Of a stretch of DNA of 64,000 nucleotides, positions 56,786 to 64,000 are shown one piece after another; the stretch's first letter is position 1, and each line of letters begins with the position of its first letter. A program made the position numbers and the translations under genes. Under the pieces are notes generated by a model. That model did no database searches and was not told the origin of the DNA. It saw only the letters and a program-made list of their open reading frames with translations. Origin of the DNA: Gammaproteobacteria bacterium (GTDB lineage Bacteria; Pseudomonadota; Gammaproteobacteria; QZLD01); the NCBI GenBank assembly GCA_033852155.1, contig JAWSVA010000006.1, positions 16,843 to 80,842 of the forward strand, written 5' to 3'.

Positions 56786-57736
56786 GTGATAGATATGATT
56801 CGACACGACTGGGCTATGGATGAGGTTATCAAGCTATTTTCTCTTCCAATGAATGATCTTCTTTTTAAGTCTCATACCATTTATCGAGAAAACTTTAATC
56901 CGAATAAAATACAGGTTAGTACTCTTCTTAATATTAAAGAGGGTGGGTGTACTGAGAACTGTGGATACTGCTCACAGAATGTGCATAACAATAAAGAAAG
57001 TGCAAAGTCAGAGATGATGGAGCTGAAAAAGGTAATTGAATCAGCAAACAGAGCAAAAGATGCCGGCCTTACTCGCCTTTGTATGGGGGCTGCGTGGCGT
57101 AATCCAAAACAGAAGGATATGCCGCACATAATAGAGATCATAAAGGCAGTGAAAGAGATTGGGCTTGAGGCTTGTATGACACTGGGTATGGTGACTCAGG
57201 AGCAAGCGCACGAGCTGAAACAAGCAGGATTGGATTATTTTAATCACAACCTTGATACATCGCGTGAGCATTACCCTAACGTAGTTACCACCAGAACTTA
57301 TGATGATCGTTTACGTACGCTGGAGTATGTGAATAATGCTGATATCAATGTTTGCTGCGGTGGAATAGTTGGCCTCGGTGAAATACTAGATGATAGAGCT
57401 AGCATGCTTTGTACCTTAGCAAATCTACCTAAGCATCCTCATAGTGTGCCGATTAATATGTTGGTTAAACTGGATGGGGCGCAGATGAATGAAGTTGAAG
57501 ATGTTGATCACCTAGACTTTGTGCGGATGATTGCAGTTGCCAGAATTATGTTGCCAGAATCTCATGTTCGCCTTTCTGCAGGAAGAGGTGAAATGAGTGA
57601 ATCAACGCAGGCTATGTGTTTCTTTGCTGGCGCTAATAGTATCTTTTATGGTGATAAGTTATTAACCACCGATAATGTATCGCAGGCAGATGATATGGCT
57701 CTATTCGCAAAATTAGGCTTAGAGATAGAAAAATAG
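56786..57736 (+). CDS. bioB: Biotin synthase
   Basis: CTENCGYC radical SAM motif, NHNLDT, VPIN, RLSAGR, GANSIF. Confidence 0.98.
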   Translation: MIDMIRHDWAMDEVIKLFSLPMNDLLFKSHTIYRENFNPNKIQVSTLLNIKEGGCTENCGYCSQNVHNNKESAKSEMMELKKVIESANRAKDAGLTRLCMGAAWRNPKQKDMPHIIEIIKAVKEIGLEACMTLGMVTQEQAHELKQAGLDYFNHNLDTSREHYPNVVTTRTYDDRLRTLEYVNNADINVCCGGIVGLGEILDDRASMLCTLANLPKHPHSVPINMLVKLDGAQMNEVEDVDHLDFVRMIAVARIMLPESHVRLSAGRGEMSESTQAMCFFAGANSIFYGDKLLTTDNVSQADDMALFAKLGLEIEK

Positions 57737-58914
57737 TGTCTTCCGATTTTAATATCTATATCAAGCAGCAGTTGCAGCAGATAAAAGCAGACAACCTGTA
57801 CCGTACGCGCCAGATTGTTGAAGGGGCTTCATCTACGGAGCCTGTTGTCGCTGGTCAGCAGGTGCTCGCATTTTGCAGTAATGATTATCTTGGCCTTTCC
57901 GATCACCCTGAAGTTTGCTCTGCCTTTATTCAAGCGGTTAAAGATTATGGGGTTGGGAGTGGGTCTGCTCATTTGGTATTAGGGCATACTAAGGCGCACC
58001 ATCAGCTGGAAGAACGTCTGGCTGATTTTTGTAAAACAGAGCGCGCGTTGTTATTTTCCACCGGCTATATGGCAAATATGGGGGTTATATCGGCCCTAAC
58101 TGGCAAAGGTGACCTCATAGTTGAGGATAAGCTAAACCATGCATCGTTGATAGATGGTGCGCAATTATCTAATGCCAAGTTTGTGCGTTATAACCATCTA
58201 GATGTAAACCATCTGCAGAAAAGGGTTGAGAACAGTGAAGCTGGAAATATCCTAATCGCTACAGATGGTGTCTTTAGTATGGATGGTGATGTTGCGCCAC
58301 TAAAGTCAATTCTGGAAGTAGCAAAGGCGCATAACGCCATCACATTGGTTGATGATGCTCACGGTTTAGGGGTTACAGGTTTTACTGGTAGAGGAACTAT
58401 TGAAGAGCAAGGTATAGATTCCTGTGATGTTGATGTTCTGCTAGGAACATTGGGTAAGGGGTTTGGAACCGCTGGTGCATTTGTTGCTGCCAGTGAGGAT
58501 ATGATTGAGTTTTTGATTCAAAAGGCTAGAACCTATATCTATACCACGGCAATGCCAGCTGCAGTCGCGATGGCAACTATAAAGAGCATAGATCTGATTG
58601 AATCTGAATCATGGCGCCGAGATCACTTACATAACCTAATAACTAAATTCCGTACAAGAGCGCAGCAACTTGGCTTGAATCTAATGGATTCCCATACTCC
58701 TATCCAGCCAATATTGATTGGCGACACGGCAAAAGCTGTCGAGATTTCAAATAGCCTCAAACAGCAGGGGGTGATGGTTACTGCCATTAGACCGCCAACA
58801 GTGCCAAATGGTACTGCACGGCTGCGGGTGACCTTTAGCGCTAATCATACAGAGCAACAGCTGGATAAACTTTTGGATGCACTGGAGCGTTCAATAGAGC
58901 AGGTTGGTGTATGA
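57736..58914 (+). CDS. bioF: 8-amino-7-oxononanoate synthase
   Basis: SNDYLGL, NHAS, FSMDGD, DDAHG, TLGKG, IRPPTVP. Confidence 0.97.
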   Translation: MSSDFNIYIKQQLQQIKADNLYRTRQIVEGASSTEPVVAGQQVLAFCSNDYLGLSDHPEVCSAFIQAVKDYGVGSGSAHLVLGHTKAHHQLEERLADFCKTERALLFSTGYMANMGVISALTGKGDLIVEDKLNHASLIDGAQLSNAKFVRYNHLDVNHLQKRVENSEAGNILIATDGVFSMDGDVAPLKSILEVAKAHNAITLVDDAHGLGVTGFTGRGTIEEQGIDSCDVDVLLGTLGKGFGTAGAFVAASEDMIEFLIQKARTYIYTTAMPAAVAMATIKSIDLIESESWRRDHLHNLITKFRTRAQQLGLNLMDSHTPIQPILIGDTAKAVEISNSLKQQGVMVTAIRPPTVPNGTARLRVTFSANHTEQQLDKLLDALERSIEQVGV

Positions 58915-59663
58915 GTCGGCAAAAGCTAGTGTTGCTGCATGGTTGGGGTTTTTCCAGTGAAGTGTTTGCAAAAATAATACCGCCATTAAATGATGATTTT
59001 GATGTTCAGCTTATTGATCTACCTGGTTACGGAGTAAGGGAAAGCGAGCAGTTCCCAACTTCATTGCAAGATGTCGCCATGCATGTTGTTACAAAAATTA
59101 ATGGTGAAGATGGAGAAAAACTTAGCTTGCTAGGCTGGTCTTTGGGAGGGTTAGTTGCCCAGCAAATAGCAATCGACTTTCCACAACTAATAGATAAATT
59201 GATATTGGTGGCCGCAACTCCGTGTTTTCTTCAAAAAGATGATTGGAAGCAAGCTGTTGATCCAGATTTAGCAGGTCAATTTAATAAGCAGGTCGAACAA
59301 AATCATAGTGATGCTTTGAAAGGATTTTATTTGCAGTTAGCAGCTATGGAGCCAAAACCAAGGTCGATAGTTAAAGAGGTTATTAAGTTATTGCCTGGTG
59401 AAATATCCCGATCTAATTTAATCGATAGTCTTAAGGTCCTACACCAAACTGATTTGCGTAAGCAGATAGCGCAATCTGCAATAGATATTCTATGGATTTA
59501 TGGCGCAAATGATCAAATGATCCCTGGTGTATTGGAAAAAATATCAGCAAAATCTGCAATTAAGATTCTTGATAATGCTGCTCATTTGCCATTTCTATCA
59601 CAGCCGCAAGAGTTTATTCAAACTGTAAAACAATTCATAAGTAGTGCAAGAGAGTATATATAG
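58911..59663 (+). CDS. bioH: Pimeloyl-ACP methyl ester esterase
   Basis: LLHGWG, DLPGYG, GWSLGG, AAHLPFLS; operon context. Confidence 0.92.
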   Translation: MSRQKLVLLHGWGFSSEVFAKIIPPLNDDFDVQLIDLPGYGVRESEQFPTSLQDVAMHVVTKINGEDGEKLSLLGWSLGGLVAQQIAIDFPQLIDKLILVAATPCFLQKDDWKQAVDPDLAGQFNKQVEQNHSDALKGFYLQLAAMEPKPRSIVKEVIKLLPGEISRSNLIDSLKVLHQTDLRKQIAQSAIDILWIYGANDQMIPGVLEKISAKSAIKILDNAAHLPFLSQPQEFIQTVKQFISSAREYI

Positions 59664-60475
59664 TGGAAGATTTTGAGCGCATAGATAAACATCATGTTGA
59701 TGTAGAAAACACTAAAGATTCTTTTGATAGAGCTGCTGCTGAATATGATTCCGTAACCGCGTTGCAGCGTGATGTTGGAGATCGTCTATTAAGCAGATTA
59801 GATCATGTTAACTTTGATCCAGAGGTTCTAGTTGATGTAGGCGCTGGAACAGGGGTTCCAACTGGTAAGTTAATTAAAAGGTATCCACAAACACAAATTT
59901 TGGCAGTTGATATTGCTAATGGAATGTTGCAAGTAAATCGTAATAGAAATCGGCCAGGTTTGGCAGGATGCTCTGTTGCTGACATGCATAATATGCCAAT
60001 AAAGTCTGATTCTGTAGATATGATTTTTTCCAATCTAGCTATGCAGTGGAGCAATGATTTACCAGTGGTACTGGATGAATACCAAAGAATAATGCGTAAC
60101 GGAGGGATGCTCCATTTTGCTACTTTTGGCCCCTCAACGTTATTAGAGTTGAAGCATGCGTGGGAAGCTGTAGATGTTAATAACTCACACGTTAATAGTT
60201 TTTATTCTATCGGTGGTGTTGGTGATATGTTGCTGGAAGCAGGGTTTGTAGATGTTGTGGTCGATAGTGATAAGATAAAATTGCATTATCCAGATGTAAT
60301 GCCACTAATGCGTGAACTTAAAACTCTTGGGGCTAATAATAGGACTCATGGTAGATCGCGCGTTCTGACTGGCAAAACAAAAATGCAGCAGATGATATCT
60401 AAATATGAAGAGTTGCGTGAAGAAGACGGGATTCCGGTGACTTATGACATTATTTATGCGCATGCCTGGAAATAA
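59663..60475 (+). CDS. bioC: Malonyl-ACP O-methyltransferase
   Basis: FDRAAAEYD, DVGAGTG, SNLAMQW, TFGPSTLLEL. Confidence 0.94.
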   Translation: MEDFERIDKHHVDVENTKDSFDRAAAEYDSVTALQRDVGDRLLSRLDHVNFDPEVLVDVGAGTGVPTGKLIKRYPQTQILAVDIANGMLQVNRNRNRPGLAGCSVADMHNMPIKSDSVDMIFSNLAMQWSNDLPVVLDEYQRIMRNGGMLHFATFGPSTLLELKHAWEAVDVNNSHVNSFYSIGGVGDMLLEAGFVDVVVDSDKIKLHYPDVMPLMRELKTLGANNRTHGRSRVLTGKTKMQQMISKYEELREEDGIPVTYDIIYAHAWK

Positions 60476-60566
60476 AGCTATTGCGCTTACTTATGCTTTA
60501 TTAGATCTGGTTTAGATGATATCCGGCTTGACTGAGTGATCTAGTGATATAAATAGAAAAATGTAA

Positions 60567-61250
60567 TTGAAGGATTTGCAATTGAAAGGTTTTTTTATAA
60601 CCGGCACCGATACTGATGCAGGAAAAACAGAGATAGCAGCTGGGATAATCCATAAGATAGCCTCAATGGGTTATCAAGTTGTGGGGATGAAGCCAATAGC
60701 TTCTGGCTGTGATCAAACTGATTTTGGCCTGCGTAATAGCGATGCACTTAAATTGATTGCTGCGGCTAATACCGAAGTATCCTATGACCTGATCAATCCA
60801 TATACCTTTAAAGATCCGATTGCACCCCATATAGCCGCACAACAAAATGATATAGAGATCAAGATGGACGTGATTCTTGATTGTTATCGGCAGATTGCGG
60901 AAAAAGTAGAAGTGGTCGTGGTAGAAGGCGTTGGGGGCTGGGCAGTTCCAATAAGTAAAACCTCCAGAATGGATGATTTGGCACATGTTTTGGATCTACC
61001 AGTTGTTCTCGTGGTTGGAATTCACCTTGGTTGTATCAATCATGCATTGCTTACCTATGAGGCAATTAAAGCCAAGGGGCTGCGTGTTGCTGGATGGGTA
61101 GCAAACTATGTTAGTCCTAAAGATCTATGCATTGAAGAGCAAAAACAATCCATATCAGAAAGGATTTCAGCCCCACTTCTGGGGGAAATTCCATTCAATG
61201 CTACAATTAATGCAGAATTTGTTGCAAAGCATCTTGAGATAGATCTATAA
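60567..61250 (+). CDS. bioD: Dethiobiotin synthase
   Basis: TGTDTDAGKT, KPIASG, EGVGG, LGCINH. Confidence 0.97.
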   Translation: MKDLQLKGFFITGTDTDAGKTEIAAGIIHKIASMGYQVVGMKPIASGCDQTDFGLRNSDALKLIAAANTEVSYDLINPYTFKDPIAPHIAAQQNDIEIKMDVILDCYRQIAEKVEVVVVEGVGGWAVPISKTSRMDDLAHVLDLPVVLVVGIHLGCINHALLTYEAIKAKGLRVAGWVANYVSPKDLCIEEQKQSISERISAPLLGEIPFNATINAEFVAKHLEIDL

Positions 61251-61327
61251 AACTGATATCTCTAACACATGCATTGTGCGTATAAAAAAATTGCAGCACT
61301 AAATAAGTTGGGATAACAGAGGTTCCA

Positions 61328-62185
61328 TTGATGGAAAATATTTATCGATTAGTAGTTTCATGCCCTGATAAGGTGGGAATTGTGGCAATGGTTAGTAACC
61401 TGATTGCCAAGTATAGCGGTTCAATTCGTGAGGCAAGTCAGCATTCAGAGTTTATCGATAACTGGTTTTTTATGCGTTATGAAATTGGTTCCGGAATCAA
61501 TAAATTCGATGAAAATGGCTTTCGCAAAGAGTTTTCCAATTTGGCTGCAGGATTTGAGATGAGCTGGCGTCTGATTGATGGTAACGCTCCGAAAAAAGCT
61601 ATTCTTATGGCAAGTAAAGACCCGCATTGTCCGCTTGATATTTTGCATCGCTGGAAGAGTGGTGAGTTAAATTGCGATATTCAGTGCGTAATATCAAATC
61701 ACCGAGATTTGGAGGAGATGGCTGGTTGGTACGGTATCCCATATCATCATGTTCCTGTCGTTAAAAACAAAAAAGAAGAAGCTTTCGCAAGAGTAAATCA
61801 GCTTATTGAAGAGTATCAAAGCGACGTCGTCGTGCTTGCGCGTTATATGCAGATTATACCTCCAGAGTTATGTGCTAAATATGCAGGGAGGATTATCAAT
61901 ATCCATCACAGTTTCTTACCATCCTTTGTTGGTGCCAAGCCATATGAGCAGGCTTATGAAAGAGGGGTGAAACTTATTGGAGCTACAAGTCATTATGTGA
62001 CTGAAGAGTTAGATGCAGGGCCAATTATTGATCAAGATGTCGTGAGGGTTTCTCATAGTGTTTCTAAAGAGGATATGATCCGATTAGGCAAGGATGTAGA
62101 AAGGATGGTGCTTTCGCGTGGGTTAAGGTACCACTTGGAAGACAGGGTGTTGATTCACGGAAACAAAACAGTAGTTTTCGATTAA
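61328..62185 (+). CDS. purU: Formyltetrahydrofolate deformylase
   Basis: ACT domain CPDKVGIV, LARYMQI, INIHHSFLPSF, GVKLIGATSH. Confidence 0.97.
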   Translation: MMENIYRLVVSCPDKVGIVAMVSNLIAKYSGSIREASQHSEFIDNWFFMRYEIGSGINKFDENGFRKEFSNLAAGFEMSWRLIDGNAPKKAILMASKDPHCPLDILHRWKSGELNCDIQCVISNHRDLEEMAGWYGIPYHHVPVVKNKKEEAFARVNQLIEEYQSDVVVLARYMQIIPPELCAKYAGRIINIHHSFLPSFVGAKPYEQAYERGVKLIGATSHYVTEELDAGPIIDQDVVRVSHSVSKEDMIRLGKDVERMVLSRGLRYHLEDRVLIHGNKTVVFD

Positions 62186-62241
62186 AAAAGGTTTCTCATA
62201 TGCTCCGCATAATTGAAGAGCGCGTGATTAGCCTAACTTGG

Positions 62242-62871
62242 TTAGTTTGAATAGTTAAACAGGCTGGATAGTTTTTCAGCTTGCGCCTTGGGATCTGGGG
62301 CAGAAAATATAGATCCAGCCACAGCAATTGAGGATGCACCTGCCTTAATTAGTTTTGCAGCATTGTCTTTAGTTATCCCCCCAATAGCGACCGTAGGTAT
62401 CTCAAGCATTTTTCTGGCCTGCTCCAAAGTTGTAAGCTCTGCTGGTTGAGCATCAGGCTTAGTGCTTGATGGGAAGAAACGCCCAAATGCAACATAGTCT
62501 GCTCCAGCTTCTTGAGCATGAAGTGCAAGTTTGATTGAGTTATGGCAAGTTATGCCAATGATAGCATCTGACCCAAGGTGTTCTCTTGCCTCGGCAATAT
62601 CACAATCACTTTGTCCTAAATGTACCCCATCTGCGCCAACATCTGCACATAAACCAATATCATCATTAATGATCAATGGAACTGAATGCAGGTTGCATAT
62701 TTGTAGTAATGATTCAGCTTGAGCAACCCTAGCTTGATACGGGGTGTTTTTATTTCGATATTGAACAACGCTCGCGCCACCTATTATCGCTTGTTCTACG
62801 CAGTGATTTAGATCCGACTCCGTAATGAGTTTTTCATCAGTTAATACATAAAGCCCTTTTATGCTATTCAC
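62242..62871 (-). CDS. thiE: Thiamine-phosphate synthase
   Basis: VQYRNK, IINDD, GVHLGQSD, FFPSSTK, AIGGI. Confidence 0.96.
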   Translation of the reverse strand: MNSIKGLYVLTDEKLITESDLNHCVEQAIIGGASVVQYRNKNTPYQARVAQAESLLQICNLHSVPLIINDDIGLCADVGADGVHLGQSDCDIAEAREHLGSDAIIGITCHNSIKLALHAQEAGADYVAFGRFFPSSTKPDAQPAELTTLEQARKMLEIPTVAIGGITKDNAAKLIKAGASSIAVAGSIFSAPDPKAQAEKLSSLFNYSN

Positions 62872-62873
62872 GG

Positions 62874-63686
62874 CTAATTATTATCCTGGTTTCCTGATGT
62901 CCAAAAAAAGCGGTTTGGAATATATTGTCCCATTCCCATCCTCGTACCATGCTTTAGGGAGTTCCATGTGTATTTTTGGGCTTTCTTTACTGCAATCTCA
63001 ATTGGTTCGTCCAAGGCAATATAAGCCGCTATGCTCGCAGCCAGAGTGCAGCCAGAACCGTGATAATTATTTGGTAATCTGTCCCATTCAAATTTTATTA
63101 CATTTGCTGTGTCAGCAGAATATAGTGTGTTTACAACATTTGCTGTGCTGCTGTGAGTTCCAGTAATTAATACATGTTCACAACCGTAATCTAACATTGA
63201 ATTTGCGCATGCATCTAATGAGTCAGCACCAGGTGAAAGGGTATATGCTTCATTGCTATTTGGCGTGATAATGGTAGAAATAGGAAGTATCATGCCAATC
63301 ATGATTTCAGCAATTTCATCGTCAGCAAGCGGTGAACCGCCACCAGAAAATAGAATTGGGTCAAGAACTACAGGGATGTCAGGGTAATCAATTAATATAC
63401 TATGAATTGCTTCAGCGGCTTCGGCGCTGCCAATCATGCCAATATGGATGGCACTTACAGGAATGTCTTCTAAAACGGTGCGAGCCTGTTCAATTATTAT
63501 TTCGTGATCTAGAGGAGCATATCCGTGAACATCTTGTGTATCCTGCACGGTAATTGCGGTAATAACAGTTACTGGATGACACCCTGCACTTACAATTGAT
63601 TCTATAGCAGCTTGGGCTCCGGCTCCGCCAGTTGGATCTGAACCAGCAAAAACAAGAACAACAGGTGGCATTTTGGAATAAATCAT
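62874..63686 (-). CDS. thiD: Hydroxymethylpyrimidine/phosphomethylpyrimidine kinase
   Basis: AGSDPTGGAG, TAITVQDT, TPNSNEA, HGSGCTLA. Confidence 0.9.
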   Translation of the reverse strand: MIYSKMPPVVLVFAGSDPTGGAGAQAAIESIVSAGCHPVTVITAITVQDTQDVHGYAPLDHEIIIEQARTVLEDIPVSAIHIGMIGSAEAAEAIHSILIDYPDIPVVLDPILFSGGGSPLADDEIAEIMIGMILPISTIITPNSNEAYTLSPGADSLDACANSMLDYGCEHVLITGTHSSTANVVNTLYSADTANVIKFEWDRLPNNYHGSGCTLAASIAAYIALDEPIEIAVKKAQKYTWNSLKHGTRMGMGQYIPNRFFWTSGNQDNN

Positions 63687-63921
63687 TTAAGAATTCCATA
63701 TTTAGTTGTAGTTAATATAATCGAAATAGTAGCATAAAAACTTATGCAGTTAGATAAAAAATGGTTGTTATTGTATTAGCTGCTGATATTCTTTCTATTA
63801 AATCGAATAAAAGGGTTTTGTGTTTTATTTTAAGTAGGTACTAAACCATTATGCTTAATATTAATTAGCAAAGATAATGATGTTAAAAGAACATAATAGT
63901 ATCGTAATTAGAGGTGTTTAA

Positions 63922-64000
63922 GTGACTAGTATTATTAAAAATAAACTGGCCTTTGTTTTAGCAGTTTTGGTCTTCTTAAGTGGTGGAACGCAGGAGGTTA
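63922..64000 (+). CDS. Possible 5' end of a secreted protein running off the window
   Basis: GAGG then GTG; open frame MTSIIKNKLAFVLAVLVFLSGG.. resembles a signal peptide. Confidence 0.4.
   Translation, partial: MTSIIKNKLAFVLAVLVFLSGGTQEV

Overview
Chromosomal window from an AT-rich gammaproteobacterium. Most of it is conserved housekeeping DNA: uvrA, pgpA, parC/parE, xseB-ispA-dxs-folE2, lpxH-ppiB-cysS, folD, tRNA-Pro/Arg/His/Leu, tig-clpP-clpX-lon-hupB-tRNA-Val/Asp-ppiD, pgeF, rep, speD, comF, bioBFHCD with a BirA operator, purU, thiE and thiD. The most interesting part is an accessory islet of about 9 kb between folD and the tRNA cluster. It begins with a PAS-AAA+ sigma54 activator, two palindromic enhancer-like sites and a -24/-12 promoter, then an unknown 84-aa ORF and two satP (acetate/succinate channel) paralogs. 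Four copies of a ~75-nt structured non-coding element follow the satP genes (25136, 25933, 26092, 26260). The copies have covarying stems, an apical loop that is always 19 nt and carries an anti-Shine-Dalgarno-like CUAGACCUCC, and a second exposed CUAGACC. They alternate with long sequence-variable hairpins. This looks like an operon-derived tandem small-RNA array that I do not recognise as a named family. The islet also encodes a secreted protein with two PHB-depolymerase domains behind a perfect CRP box, and a decayed ogt duplicate. Elsewhere there is a 1656-aa cadherin-repeat surface protein with an internal GlyGly-CTERM fused to a beta-barrel and a 17-bp tandem repeat in its leader, plus REP-like elements and several short tandem repeats. 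All calls were made by eye from the sequence and the ORF track; no database searches or folding programs were run.
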